A stretch of 64,000 nt of DNA from Bdellovibrionales bacterium (GCA_050246815.1 JBFWVI010000003.1:1-64000); one strand, 5' to 3'; positions 16,854 through 31,252 are shown, counted from the first letter of the stretch. Made by a program: numbers and translations. Notes: generated by a model from the sequence alone, not told the origin.

Positions 16854-19800
16854 ATGCTCGAACCAAAAACTCTAATTGCCAACGAGCCCTTGCGACTTGA
16901 TTTGCAAAGCTCAATTGACCGCTGGCTCAGGTTGCCGGCAGAGCCGCTCGAACTGGTGGGTTCGGCATCTCCTTTGTTACTGGCTAGCCTGCTGCTGCAC
17001 CATGACCCGCATCAGCCCGGGCCCCACTTGGTGATTTTGGCGCGGTCAGAAGAGGTCAAGCGCCTTGGGCGAGCTCTGACTTTTTTGGATCCATCCGCCG
17101 AGTTTTTAGAACTTCCTGCTTTTGATGTGGGCATTTATTCAAACCTGTATGCCAATCGCCGCGTCATCAGCGAGCGGGTGCGTTGGCTTTATAATGCGCA
17201 ACATGCCAAGCCGGGGCAAATTTTTGTGGCCTCCCTGGAGGCCTTGTTGCAGAGGACTTTGCCGTTTCAAACTTTAAATGAATCTGTCTTTGAACTGGCT
17301 CTGAAAAAAGACCTTCCGGCGGACTTTGCCAAACGCTTAGGCGAGCTCGGCTACTCGGCGGTCCCTTTGGTTGAGGATGTGGGCACCTTCGCTATTCGCG
17401 GCGGAATCGTGGATATTTTTTCACCCGCCATGGCTCAGCCCGTTCGTCTGGAGCTATTTGGTAACACCATCGACTCCATTCGTCGTTTTGATGCGGCAAC
17501 CCAGCGAAGTTTGGAAAATTTAGATCGTTTGGTGATCTTACCCGCAAGTGAAATTCTGCCCACTGCGGATCGCCGGCAGCGGGCGGCTCAATTACTGAAG
17601 GCCAGTCATAAGGGGCGACCTGTTTTGCAGGAAGAGGCCCATGCCGCCCTGCATGCGTTGGCCCAAGGCCAAATGCTACAGGGGATGGAATTTTTGATTT
17701 CGTACTTTTATCAAACGCCAGCCTCGCCCTTGGATCACTTTTCGGCGCCTTTGCTGGTGTGGCGTCCCGACCCCCTGGAGCTGGATCGCGCCAGCGATCA
17801 ATTATTTTCAACCCTTAAAATGGAGTACGAAACCGGCGAATCCTTGGTGGTGCGCCCGCACTATCAAGAGGTTTATTTGTCGCCAGATCAGCTGGAGCTG
17901 CCACCCGAATCCCGCGAAGTCGCACTGACCCGTGTGCAAATTTTAGATCGGCCCGATGGTGAAAAGGTCGGCGCACAAATCGAAGTCTCGGCCAGCGATT
18001 TGCGTGAATTCACTGGCGCGGCTAAGGCTCTGGCCCACAATGCACAAGAATTTGCCCGCTTGCTTGAAAGTAAATTTAAAGAATGGCGCGAAAGTGGGCA
18101 CAAGATTTTCTTAAGCACCAGCGGCATGAGCCAAAGCCAACGGCTTCGGGTTTTGCTTGAACGCACCTCTTTTCACACCCACGTCAGTGGTGAAGACGAG
18201 GCCCAGTGGCCCACTTGGATTCATGCGCAAGAGATGGATCAGAACCTGATCCACTTGGTGCCAAGACCCTTGCCAGAATCTCTTCGCCTGAGCCAAGAGC
18301 ATTTGATTTTTTTACGAGATGAAGATCTTTTTGGCAAAAAAAGCCATGCTCGCGAAAAAATAAAAAAACGAGACGAGCTAGAGGTCCAAACCGCGGCCAT
18401 CAGTTTTGCGGATTTAAAACCCGGCGATTTGATCGTTCATAAACTCCACGGCGTTGGCGTTTATGAGGGCTTGAAGGTGATGCAAATTCAGGGCGTCGAG
18501 GCCGAACTGATTCAGCTTAAATACAAAGACAACGACCGACTGTATTTGCCGGTGTTCCGCATCAGTCAGATTCATAAGTTTTCCGGTCCGAGCGGCACAC
18601 ACGTGCTGGACAAGCTGGGCGGCCAATCTTGGGACAAAGTAAAGGGCAAAGTTCGCAGTCACCTGCGCGATGTGGCGGCCGATCTGCTGCAACTTTATGC
18701 CGAGCGTTCGCAAACCCATCGCCCGGCCCTGCCCCCACCAGATGAGGACTTCGCCGCCTTTGAAGCTGCCTTTCCATATGACGAAACCAACGATCAGCTT
18801 CGCGCGATTCAAGACATCATCGACGATCTTTGCCATGAAAAGCCCATGGATCGTCTAATCTGCGGAGATGTGGGCTTTGGCAAAACCGAAGTGGCTTTGC
18901 GCGCCGCCTTCAAGGTGGCGCAGACCCGCAAGCAGGTGGCGGTCATTGCGCCCACCACCGTTTTGACTTTTCAGCACACTGAAACCTTTAAGCGACGCTT
19001 TAAGGATTGGCCGCTGAATATACGTTCGCTGAATCGTTTTGTTGGTAAAAGTGAAATCTCAGAGACCCTAAAAGGTCTCAAGTCGGGCGAAGTCGACATT
19101 GTCATTGGCACCCATCGTCTTTTAAGCCGAGACGTGGAATTCAAAGACCTAGGCCTTTTGATCGTGGACGAAGAGCAAAAGTTTGGTGTGCAGCACAAAG
19201 AGCGTTTGCGCAAATTGCGGGTGGGCGTCGACACTCTGGCCATGTCCGCCACTCCAATCCCGCGCACGTTGAATTTAAGCCTAATGGGGCTACGCGACCT
19301 AAGCATCATCAACACTCCGCCCGCGGATCGCCTGCCCACTCGCACTTTTGTTACCCGTTTTGACCCGGAGACCTTGCGAAAAGCCATCTTGAGCGAAATC
19401 CACCGCGGCGGACAGGTGTTCTTTATTCATAACCGCATCGAATCCATCTATGGTTTGATGGATGAATTGCGCGCTTTCTTGCCGGACGTGCGCATGGGTT
19501 TGGCCCATGGGCAGATGGAAGAGGGCCAGCTTGAAAAGGTGATGGTGTCGTTTTTCAATCACGAGATCGACATGTTGGTCTGCACCACCATCATTGAATC
19601 GGGCATGGATATTCCGCGTGCCAATACGATGTTTATCGACAACGCCCATCAGCTGGGCCTAAGCCAGCTTTATCAGTTGCGCGGAAGAGTCGGGCGCAGC
19701 AAAGAGCGCGCGTACTGTTATCTTTTGATCCCCAACAATCGCCGCATCGAAAAGGACGCGCAAGAACGCCTGCGCGTGATTCAAGAAAACACCGCCCTTG

Positions 19801-20399
19801 GTAGCGGCATTCGCATCGCCCAATACGACCTTGAATTGCGCGGTGCCGGCGACCTTTTGGGCGAAGAACAGTCGGGGCACATCGATGCTGTTGGCTATGA
19901 GATGTACCTGGAACTTCTTGAAGAGGCCGTCAATAAACTCAAAGGCCAACCCGCAACCGATGAGCCCATCGAGCCTGATATCAATGTGCGCATCCCGGCC
20001 TTGATTCCTGATCGCTACATTTCGGATATACGCCTGCGTTTGTCGTACTATCGATCGTTCGCCGACATTCGTTCGCCCGAAGACATGGATCGCTTGGAAG
20101 AAGATTTGCGCGATCAATACGGGCAACCGCCGGAACCCACAATCAATTTGATGGGCTTAATGTTGATTCGTCATTGTTGCCGGCAGCTGTCGGTGAAAGA
20201 TCTGAGCAGTGGCAAGAACGGCATTTCTTTACTCTTCACGGACAAAACACCACTGCCACCACAACGGGTGCTGGAGTTGGCTAGCCGCGAGAACAAGCGT
20301 TTTTCAGTCACGCCCGACAGCCGGCTGCACATCCGCATCGCCAGCATCACCTGGCCGCGTATTTATGAGGAACTGCTCTATTTGCTAAGTCTTTGTTGA
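16854..20399 (+). CDS. mfd: Transcription-repair coupling factor
   Basis: UvrB-homology FAIRGGIVDIF, RID (VHKLHGVG), GDVGFGKTEVA, DEEQKFG, QLYQLRGRVGRS, TRG motif DLELRGAG. Confidence 0.97.
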   Translation: MLEPKTLIANEPLRLDLQSSIDRWLRLPAEPLELVGSASPLLLASLLLHHDPHQPGPHLVILARSEEVKRLGRALTFLDPSAEFLELPAFDVGIYSNLYANRRVISERVRWLYNAQHAKPGQIFVASLEALLQRTLPFQTLNESVFELALKKDLPADFAKRLGELGYSAVPLVEDVGTFAIRGGIVDIFSPAMAQPVRLELFGNTIDSIRRFDAATQRSLENLDRLVILPASEILPTADRRQRAAQLLKASHKGRPVLQEEAHAALHALAQGQMLQGMEFLISYFYQTPASPLDHFSAPLLVWRPDPLELDRASDQLFSTLKMEYETGESLVVRPHYQEVYLSPDQLELPPESREVALTRVQILDRPDGEKVGAQIEVSASDLREFTGAAKALAHNAQEFARLLESKFKEWRESGHKIFLSTSGMSQSQRLRVLLERTSFHTHVSGEDEAQWPTWIHAQEMDQNLIHLVPRPLPESLRLSQEHLIFLRDEDLFGKKSHAREKIKKRDELEVQTAAISFADLKPGDLIVHKLHGVGVYEGLKVMQIQGVEAELIQLKYKDNDRLYLPVFRISQIHKFSGPSGTHVLDKLGGQSWDKVKGKVRSHLRDVAADLLQLYAERSQTHRPALPPPDEDFAAFEAAFPYDETNDQLRAIQDIIDDLCHEKPMDRLICGDVGFGKTEVALRAAFKVAQTRKQVAVIAPTTVLTFQHTETFKRRFKDWPLNIRSLNRFVGKSEISETLKGLKSGEVDIVIGTHRLLSRDVEFKDLGLLIVDEEQKFGVQHKERLRKLRVGVDTLAMSATPIPRTLNLSLMGLRDLSIINTPPADRLPTRTFVTRFDPETLRKAILSEIHRGGQVFFIHNRIESIYGLMDELRAFLPDVRMGLAHGQMEEGQLEKVMVSFFNHEIDMLVCTTIIESGMDIPRANTMFIDNAHQLGLSQLYQLRGRVGRSKERAYCYLLIPNNRRIEKDAQERLRVIQENTALGSGIRIAQYDLELRGAGDLLGEEQSGHIDAVGYEMYLELLEEAVNKLKGQPATDEPIEPDINVRIPALIPDRYISDIRLRLSYYRSFADIRSPEDMDRLEEDLRDQYGQPPEPTINLMGLMLIRHCCRQLSVKDLSSGKNGISLLFTDKTPLPPQRVLELASRENKRFSVTPDSRLHIRIASITWPRIYEELLYLLSLC

Positions 20400-20413
20400 A
20401 AACCAGACGACAC

Positions 20414-21247
20414 TTAGAACTCAAGGCGCATGCCTGCGCCCCAATTGAAGCTTGTTGAAAAATCAGGGTCACTGGCGGCTTGCGAGGCCATGAACTGCCG
20501 CCCTTCTAAATATAAAAATGTGTTTTCGATGCCCGAGTCTGTGTAGGATATTCGCGCTGCCTCACGATCGACCCAATTCAACTGCATCTGCACTCCCACC
20601 GCCATATAGGGCGCAGCCTGAGTATTGCCGCCGAACGAGCTGCCATCGATGCTCTCATCATAAAAAATCGTGTACACTCCGCCGGCAGCGTAAGGCACAA
20701 AATACGGCTCGAACCACAAGTTATCCAAATACAAGTTCACTCCCAGGCGCACCGGTATCAATTGCACTTCTGAGTCGATCAGATCCGTGTCCGATTGGTT
20801 CTGATAAAAACCCACACCGGCCTCGATCCCCATGGAGCCCAGGGGTATATTGCGCTTCAGTGAGTATTGAAACTCGATCAGCGGCATTTCAGCACTGGTG
20901 TAAACATCTTCGTAAAATGCCGCCACAAAATTCGGCTCATAGTTGACGGGCACGTAGCTGCTGTAGCCAACGCTCGCGGTTTGACCCCAGTTGTCTCGCC
21001 GATTGCGATAAGGGACCAGATAATAAATTCCTGTGATATCCGACGGCAGCATGTTGGTCGGCTCGACCTCCACCCACAGACCATCGTCGGGAACCGGCTT
21101 TTCTGTCACACCTTCCATGGGTGCAAGCTGGGCCGGAGTCCTGTTGGTCAAATCTTCAACGGCCGATGCATCAATATAAATCGAAAAAAAACCGAAAAGC
21201 ACAGTGAAAGTCTGGACGCACAAGCGCCGCTGAAGATCGTTTTGCAT
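20414..21247 (-). CDS. Putative outer-membrane beta-barrel protein
   Basis: Signal-like N-terminus, aromatic-rich amphipathic strands, C-terminal WGAGMRLEF (BAM-type terminal Phe). Confidence 0.7.
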   Translation of the reverse strand: MQNDLQRRLCVQTFTVLFGFFSIYIDASAVEDLTNRTPAQLAPMEGVTEKPVPDDGLWVEVEPTNMLPSDITGIYYLVPYRNRRDNWGQTASVGYSSYVPVNYEPNFVAAFYEDVYTSAEMPLIEFQYSLKRNIPLGSMGIEAGVGFYQNQSDTDLIDSEVQLIPVRLGVNLYLDNLWFEPYFVPYAAGGVYTIFYDESIDGSSFGGNTQAAPYMAVGVQMQLNWVDREAARISYTDSGIENTFLYLEGRQFMASQAASDPDFSTSFNWGAGMRLEF

Positions 21248-21308
21248 GCACCTTAAGCATAGCGAAATTTTTCAACTGCGTAGAGTCCAAGTTTTGAAAG
21301 GTGACCCT

Positions 21309-23033
21309 TTGGTCAGGTTGTTTTTTTCACTGTTGCTGTTCGGCCTTTGCGGGTCCTTGACGTGGGCTCAGCCGGCCGACGACCGGACAAAAGTGGAGAC
21401 CCAGCCCCCTGCCGAGCGATGGCTGGCCAAAATGTCGCTGGAACAAAGGGTTGGCCAGCTGTTGATTTTGGGGTTTTCAGGACAGCAGCTTCGCCCCTCC
21501 GTTCGAAAAACAATTGATTACATGCACCCGGGATCGGTGATTTTGTTTAAACACAACGTCCGCTCTCTTTCGCAAGTGGCGGAACTCAACCAAAAGCTTC
21601 AATCCTACGCACGCAAATCGTTGGATCTTCCGCTGTTCATCATGGTCGACCAAGAGGGTGGGCCGGTTGCACGCATTAAAACACACCCCCCCTTGCCCGC
21701 CGCGCTCGCGATGGGAAATTCAAATGACCCGAATTTGGTTCAAGATCTGGGCCGTCACATGGGCGATTTGTTGCGAACACTGGGGTTCAACATGAATCTG
21801 GCGCCGGTTTTAGATATCGGCGATCCTTTGCGCAAAAGTTTTATCGGCAATCGCGCCTTCGGCGGCGACCCACAAAAGGTCAGTGAAATGGCCCTGGCTT
21901 TTTCGAAGGGGCTGAGCGCTGCATCAGTCGTGCCGACGGCTAAACATTTTCCCGGCCATGGCGGACTTAGCCAGGATAGCCATAAAAAAACTCCCAGCAA
22001 GTTAATCTCGTTGGAAGAACTTGAAGCCACCGACCTTGTGCCCTTTAAAAACTATGCCGAGCTCAAACCTCCAACGGCCGTTATGGTCGCGCATGTATCT
22101 TACCCCAACATTGATCCTTCAGGACTGCCGGCTGCTTTTTCTGAAACTATGATTCGTGAAGTTTTGCGTGGTCACCTTGGTTACAAGGGTCTGGTGATCA
22201 CGGATGATATCGAAATGCTGGGCGCTGATGCAGCAGGGCCGATTGAAGAACGCGCGATCCGCGCGGTTGAAGCCGGTTGCGACATGGTCATGGTGGCCTG
22301 GAGTCCACGCCGGCAACTACGGGCTTTTCGTGGTCTGTTGAATGCTGTGAAAAGCGGACGAATCAGCGAAACCCGTCTTAATGAAAGCGTTTTGCGCATT
22401 TTGATTGCTAAACTTCAGCTGATGCCACCTCAAGCAGACGGTCAAAAAGAGTTTCGCAAGCAAATCAAACAGCAGCTGTCGGCGTTAAGTCTTGTGACCA
22501 AACAAATTGCCAAAGCCAACTTCAAGCAGGGGCGGGCAACGGCGACAACAAAGATGGACCGTGTTCCGGCCAACCAGTCTCTGGTTGTTTTCAGCAGTGA
22601 CCCAGCCTTTTATTCCGAATTTTTGTCCGCTAAACCTAAGAATAAAACAAAGTTCATTCGCCTGACGCCTAGCACGCTAAGCCATGTGGAACCCTATTTA
22701 AAAGCACATCCCTCTGCGATGGCGATCTACTTTGCTTCGGGCAGTGTCACGGCGAAAAACCTCAATGGCTTATCCAGGGAGATCAAGCAACGGTTGATGG
22801 TGGTGAACGGCGCCTACCCCGGCGCCGTAGATTCCCGCGAACATTTTAAGCTGGTTCTTGACCTGAATACACCCGCCCCAGAAAGTGGTCGCTGGCTGGC
22901 CGAAAGCTTTCTTGAGGGTACCCTGATGCCGCTTGAAGATTTTCCGGCGGATATTCGTGAGCCTTCTTCAAAAGAAGACGCGCCAGACGACCAGGCGGCG
23001 CGCCCTCGTCGTCGCCGAACTAAACGTTTATAA
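21309..23033 (+). CDS. nagZ: Exported GH3 beta-N-acetylhexosaminidase (NagZ-like, two-domain)
   Basis: DQEGG, APVLD, KHFPGHG..QDSH, ITDDIEM. TTG 21309 (RBS AAAGGTG) yields a signal peptide ending TWA|Q; the ORF track starts at 21246. Confidence 0.88.
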   Translation: MVRLFFSLLLFGLCGSLTWAQPADDRTKVETQPPAERWLAKMSLEQRVGQLLILGFSGQQLRPSVRKTIDYMHPGSVILFKHNVRSLSQVAELNQKLQSYARKSLDLPLFIMVDQEGGPVARIKTHPPLPAALAMGNSNDPNLVQDLGRHMGDLLRTLGFNMNLAPVLDIGDPLRKSFIGNRAFGGDPQKVSEMALAFSKGLSAASVVPTAKHFPGHGGLSQDSHKKTPSKLISLEELEATDLVPFKNYAELKPPTAVMVAHVSYPNIDPSGLPAAFSETMIREVLRGHLGYKGLVITDDIEMLGADAAGPIEERAIRAVEAGCDMVMVAWSPRRQLRAFRGLLNAVKSGRISETRLNESVLRILIAKLQLMPPQADGQKEFRKQIKQQLSALSLVTKQIAKANFKQGRATATTKMDRVPANQSLVVFSSDPAFYSEFLSAKPKNKTKFIRLTPSTLSHVEPYLKAHPSAMAIYFASGSVTAKNLNGLSREIKQRLMVVNGAYPGAVDSREHFKLVLDLNTPAPESGRWLAESFLEGTLMPLEDFPADIREPSSKEDAPDDQAARPRRRRTKRL

Positions 23034-23040
23034 TTTAAAA

Positions 23041-23454
23041 CTAGTGTGCGGTCTTGTTGGCCTCAAGGCGCGCCAAGGCGCGCTTAAGTTTACGCTGATA
23101 CTTTTGAATTTGATTGGCTTCTAGATTCGGCTCAGTCAGCATCTTCTGAGCCTTCTTAAGGGCTTCTGTTGCGCGCTCGCGGTCGACTTCTTCGATGGAT
23201 TCAGCCGTCTCGGCCAAAACGTTCACGCCGCGGGGGTTCACTTCGCAGTAGCCCCAGCTGACAATCGCAGAATGATATTGGCTTTGCCCCTTGGCGCGGT
23301 ATTTCACCGTTCCCACACCCAGAGTGGTGATCAGCGGCGTATGACCCGGTAGTAGGGTCAACTGACCGCGCTCGCCTGGCACTATGACTTCATCCACCTC
23401 AAGTTCAGTGGCTAAACGCTTTTCAGGGGTCACCAAATTCAAAACAAACATCAC
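23041..23454 (-). CDS. atpC: F1 ATP synthase epsilon subunit
   Basis: LVTPE, LPGHTPLIT, VLAETAE. Confidence 0.95.
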   Translation of the reverse strand: MMFVLNLVTPEKRLATELEVDEVIVPGERGQLTLLPGHTPLITTLGVGTVKYRAKGQSQYHSAIVSWGYCEVNPRGVNVLAETAESIEEVDRERATEALKKAQKMLTEPNLEANQIQKYQRKLKRALARLEANKTAH

Positions 23455-23465
23455 TTAAACTTTCT

Positions 23466-25765
<2,300 letters not shown>

Positions 25766-25773
25766 TTAATTAC

Positions 25774-27297
<1,524 letters not shown>

Positions 27298-27299
27298 GT

Positions 27300-27845
27300 T
27301 TACTGAATTCTCCTCGTCATTTCTTCTTTAAGTCTACGTAAGTGTGAAGTCAGCGTGTCGTCAAAAGTAAAGCTTCCGACTTCGGCGATTAAACCGCCGA
27401 TCACGCTGGTGTCTTCTTTGTAAGTCAAAATCACTTGTTTTTGAGTGTAACTGCTCACAATCTCTTCGATGCTCTTTCGCTCTTCTGGCGACAATACGGC
27501 TGCCGACCGGACTGAGCCGCGCGTCACACCATGGGCCATGTCGTTTTGAATTTTAATGGCCTCAACGATTTTACTAAAAACCGGCAAACGACCCTTGTCC
27601 GAAAGCAACATCACGAATGCACTGGTTTCAGGGCTTAGGCCGGCCGACTTTAGGGCCGCGGTTAGAGCTTGGGCGCGATCTTTGGCCTTCACAAGTGGAG
27701 AAAATAGAAATTCTCGAATCCCGGCGTCTTTTTCAAAGATCGTTTGCAAGCCACGAAGTTCCGCCAAAATCTGCTCAGATTTAGCCTGTCCAACCAGATC
27801 TAAAATGGCGCGGGCATAGCGATTGGCGAGTTCAGAAACTTGCAT
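27300..27845 (-). CDS. atpH: ATP synthase delta subunit
   Basis: ANRYARA, D.SVIGG..AEVG...D.T; position in operon. Confidence 0.93.
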   Translation of the reverse strand: MQVSELANRYARAILDLVGQAKSEQILAELRGLQTIFEKDAGIREFLFSPLVKAKDRAQALTAALKSAGLSPETSAFVMLLSDKGRLPVFSKIVEAIKIQNDMAHGVTRGSVRSAAVLSPEERKSIEEIVSSYTQKQVILTYKEDTSVIGGLIAEVGSFTFDDTLTSHLRRLKEEMTRRIQ

Positions 27846-28420
27846 TAGCGCACCACCTGAATTTTTTCGACGAATTCACTCTGTAACTTCTTTTGTTCTG
27901 CACCACTGACTTTGTCTTGCAAAGCTTTGCGTGCGGCTTCAACAGCCGAGCCCAAAACCTCTTCGCGCAATTCTTGTTTAGCGCGCTCCAGTTCAAAACG
28001 AGCGGCCCGTTCTGCTTCTTCTTTGGCTTTGTTTGCTAGTTCGCGAGCTTCGGCCATAATACGCTGTTGCATTTCCTGAGCTTGGCTTTTGGCTTGAACA
28101 AGGGATTCTTGCGCTGTGTCTTCCAGTTTCTGTAGACGGCCAGCAATTTCGCGCCGATTCTTTTCGGCTTCATTTTTAGCCGCATCTGCGCGTTGAACAA
28201 GATCGAGATACGTTTTTTTTCTTTCCGTAAACATTTGGCTCACGGCTTTGCGGGATACCCAGGCTAAAATCGCGACAAGCAAGAAAAAGTTAAAGGCTTG
28301 GGCCGCGATTGTTGACCAAGGAATGACCTCGGCCCCGTGATGTTCGCCACCGCCGGCCGCCATTGCCGTCACCGATAACAGGCACACACTTGAAGCTGCA
28401 AGCCAATGAAATGCCTTCAT
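27845..28420 (-). CDS. atpF: ATP synthase subunit b with signal-like N-terminal extension
   Basis: Single TM helix (NFFLLVAILAW) followed by a long charged helix; upstream of atpH. Confidence 0.9.
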   Translation of the reverse strand: MKAFHWLAASSVCLLSVTAMAAGGGEHHGAEVIPWSTIAAQAFNFFLLVAILAWVSRKAVSQMFTERKKTYLDLVQRADAAKNEAEKNRREIAGRLQKLEDTAQESLVQAKSQAQEMQQRIMAEARELANKAKEEAERAARFELERAKQELREEVLGSAVEAARKALQDKVSGAEQKKLQSEFVEKIQVVR

Positions 28421-28422
28421 CG

Positions 28423-28866
28423 CTAAACCAAATCCTTCCCCAATAATCGCGAGGTGATCGCGCTAGTGACCGCCGGAATTTCTTTCTGCGCTTCTTTGCG
28501 AGCGGTCTCAAGTTCGTTGCTAATTTTTTGTTTCATGGTTTCTAGCTGGCTCTTCGCCGCCTGGCGTGCGCCGCTGACCGTTTGGTCGAATTCTTTTTGC
28601 GCCTTCATGCGCGACTCGTCGTAAATCGATTTGTACTGCGCGGATAGGTGGCGAGCCTTGTTCTCGTACTCACCTTGCAGGGCCTGCGACTCTGCTAAAT
28701 ACTTTTCAGCGAGTTCGGCGCGACCCATGGTGCGATTGATGCGTTCGTTGTAAGCCTTGAAATAGGGCTTGAATAAAACGAAGTGCAAAATCAGATAGGT
28801 GACCAAAAAAATGACCAGTTGGGTGCCAACAGATGAATCTAGGCCCAGGCCTCGTAGCAGTTCCAT
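28423..28866 (-). CDS. ATP synthase subunit b'
   Basis: TQLVIFLVTYLILHFVLFKPY TM plus coiled coil; first gene of the F1 operon. Confidence 0.88.
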   Translation of the reverse strand: MELLRGLGLDSSVGTQLVIFLVTYLILHFVLFKPYFKAYNERINRTMGRAELAEKYLAESQALQGEYENKARHLSAQYKSIYDESRMKAQKEFDQTVSGARQAAKSQLETMKQKISNELETARKEAQKEIPAVTSAITSRLLGKDLV

Positions 28867-28948
28867 TAAATAGATGTCCTCGCGAATTTGCTAGGCAAAT
28901 AACCCGGCTACGGTGCGCGGTCAAGGACGCAGCGGGTAATAATGAGCG

Positions 28949-29332
28949 CTATGAACGGGGCATATAAGAGGCACCCTCAAATACCACCCCGTCCTCAATG
29001 CGCAGGCTGGGAGAAGTCACCGTGCCTCGAAAGGTTGCCGGCGGATGCATGATCACTTTACGGCGGGCAAAGATGTTGCCTCGCACGGTACCACTTATGA
29101 TCACGGTGTCGGCTTCGATTTGAGCCTCAACATGAGCACCTGGATTTATTACAAGAGTGTCGTTTGTGAAGATTTCGCCCTTGAAGCTACCGCCAATACG
29201 AACGGTGCCCTCAAAAGTCAGGCGACCATCAAAGCTTGCGCCTTGATCCAAAAGCGCCGTGACTCGACCATCGCTTGTGGGTACCAAGCCGCCGGGAACT
29301 GTATTTGTTGGCAAATTGTCTATTTGCGCCAT
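28949..29332 (-). CDS. Bactofilin (polymer-forming cytoskeletal protein)
   Basis: LLDQGASFDGRLTFEGTVRIGGSFKGEI...SLRIEDGVVFEG beta-helix repeats. Confidence 0.92.
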   Translation of the reverse strand: MAQIDNLPTNTVPGGLVPTSDGRVTALLDQGASFDGRLTFEGTVRIGGSFKGEIFTNDTLVINPGAHVEAQIEADTVIISGTVRGNIFARRKVIMHPPATFRGTVTSPSLRIEDGVVFEGASYMPRS

Positions 29333-30360
29333 GAGTCCCTTAAGCGTTCCACAATTCCGTTCAATTCGTCGTCGGAATAAAAGTGAATCGCGATTTTCCC
29401 CTTACCTTTATCGTAATCAATACTCACTTTGGTGCCTATGACTTTTTGTAACTCTTCCCCAAGGCCCACCATAAACTTCTGTGACACGTCGCCATCTAAG
29501 GCCGTCGCGCCTACAGTACTGACTTTTGGTTTAAGTAAGCTCGCGACTTCTTTCTCTAATTCGCGAACACTCCATTTTTTAGAGACAATACGATCCGCCA
29601 AAGTCTTTTGCTGCCCTTGATCCACAACAGCTAACAATACTTTGGCGTGCCCCATAGTGATTTGGCCGGTTGCCACCATGTCACGTGTGGGTTTGGCCAA
29701 GCCTAAAAGTCTAAGCGTGTTGGCGACGGTTGCTCGGTCTTTGCCAATCTTGTCTGCCAGCTGCTGCTGGGTTAGGGCGTAGGTTTGAAGTAGGTGGTTA
29801 AAAGCTTCTGCCTCTTCGATGGGGTTTAAATTTTCACGTTGAATATTTTCGATCAGAGCTAGCTCGAGCGCCTCTTGGTCGGGAGTGGATCTCAAAATCA
29901 CGGGGACTTCATGCAGACCGGCCGCCTGGGCGGCGCGCCAACGTCGTTCCCCGGCTATGATTTCAAACTGACCGTCGATGAGTGGCCGAGCCACGATTGG
30001 TTGCAGGATTCCTTTTTCTTTGATTGAAAGGGTCAACTCTTTTAAAGGTTCGCCGGCAAACACTTGGCGTGGCTGACGTTTATTGGGTTTCAGTTTCGCG
30101 ATGTTAATTTGCCATATGCGTGCATGATCTGGAACCTTGGTGGGCTCGCGCACGGGCTCGGCTACAACCGTCACTTTTTTCTGTACTTCTTTTTCAAGAA
30201 AGCCCTCTTTAAGAGCGAGCTCTTTCTGGGCCGTGAAGCTATTCATGGCTTTCGACTGGTCGACGCTATCCTTGGCGCTTTCGCCCAGCAGGCTGCCTAG
30301 TCCACGTCCAAGTGCTGGCTTTTTCGCCGCCTTTTTGTTGAGCTCCTGATTCTCAGACAT
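29320..30360 (-). CDS. parB: Chromosome partitioning protein ParB
   Basis: ALGRGLGSLL ParA-activating peptide, GILQP, IIAGERRWRAA, ENIQRENL, HTH. Confidence 0.97.
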   Translation of the reverse strand: MSENQELNKKAAKKPALGRGLGSLLGESAKDSVDQSKAMNSFTAQKELALKEGFLEKEVQKKVTVVAEPVREPTKVPDHARIWQINIAKLKPNKRQPRQVFAGEPLKELTLSIKEKGILQPIVARPLIDGQFEIIAGERRWRAAQAAGLHEVPVILRSTPDQEALELALIENIQRENLNPIEEAEAFNHLLQTYALTQQQLADKIGKDRATVANTLRLLGLAKPTRDMVATGQITMGHAKVLLAVVDQGQQKTLADRIVSKKWSVRELEKEVASLLKPKVSTVGATALDGDVSQKFMVGLGEELQKVIGTKVSIDYDKGKGKIAIHFYSDDELNGIVERLRDSWRK

Positions 30361-31189
30361 GGACTTCTCCTAGATCAACAGAAGGCAGGGCACTGGGTGC
30401 CGCGCTTGGACGAATTTGATTTGGATATACTCTTTGATCCAATTCAATCGCCAGTTCTCGGTATTTTTTCGAACCAATGGACTTGGAGTCATATTGTAGA
30501 ATTGATTGGCCGTGGCTAGGAGCTTCACTTAAGCGTACGTTGCGCGGAATGACCGCCTTAAAGACCTTGTCGCCAAAGTGCGTTTGAATTTCGCTGACCA
30601 CTTGGTGACTTAGATTGTTCCTGGTGTCGAACATCGTCAGTAAAATTCCCTCGATACGCAGATTCGGGTTTAGATTTTTCTTAATCAATCCGGCAGTGTT
30701 AAGAAGTTGGCTAAGGCCTTCGAGTGCATAGTACTCGCACTGAAGCGGAACTAAAAAGGTGTCAGCCGAGCTAAATGCATTGATCGTGAGCAAGCCAAGT
30801 GAAGGGGGACAGTCTATTAATATGTAGTGATAGCGTTCCTGGACCACCTGAAGGGCCTGCTTGAGCCTATATTCACGCTGCGGCATGTCTACAAGCTCAA
30901 TTTCGGCCCCAACGAGGTCCGGATTCGCTGTGATTACATCCAGGCCAGCTATCGCTGAGGCCTGCAACGCGGTTTCAATGGTCAGTTCACCAATTAGAAC
31001 CTGGTATATGCTCTTTTGTTGATTTTCATATCTCTTGAGTCCAAGGCCACTTGACGCATTGCCCTGTGGATCCATGTCGATCAATAAGACGCGTCGCCCC
31101 ATTTCTGCTAAGGCTGATGCCAGGTTGACGGAGGACGTGGTCTTTCCTACGCCGCCTTTTTGGTTGGCTATGCAAATTACCCTTGCCAT
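30353..31189 (-). CDS. parA: Chromosome partitioning ATPase ParA/Soj
   Basis: NQKGGVGKTT, DMDPQGNAS, DCPPSLG, PRNVRLSEAPSHG. Confidence 0.97.
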   Translation of the reverse strand: MARVICIANQKGGVGKTTSSVNLASALAEMGRRVLLIDMDPQGNASSGLGLKRYENQQKSIYQVLIGELTIETALQASAIAGLDVITANPDLVGAEIELVDMPQREYRLKQALQVVQERYHYILIDCPPSLGLLTINAFSSADTFLVPLQCEYYALEGLSQLLNTAGLIKKNLNPNLRIEGILLTMFDTRNNLSHQVVSEIQTHFGDKVFKAVIPRNVRLSEAPSHGQSILQYDSKSIGSKKYRELAIELDQRVYPNQIRPSAAPSALPSVDLGEVHV

Positions 31190-31252
31190 GGTGATCCCCC
31201 TGATGAGTCAAAATAGTCATGGGTGCTCAATTTCCCTCGACTAAGTGCCGAT

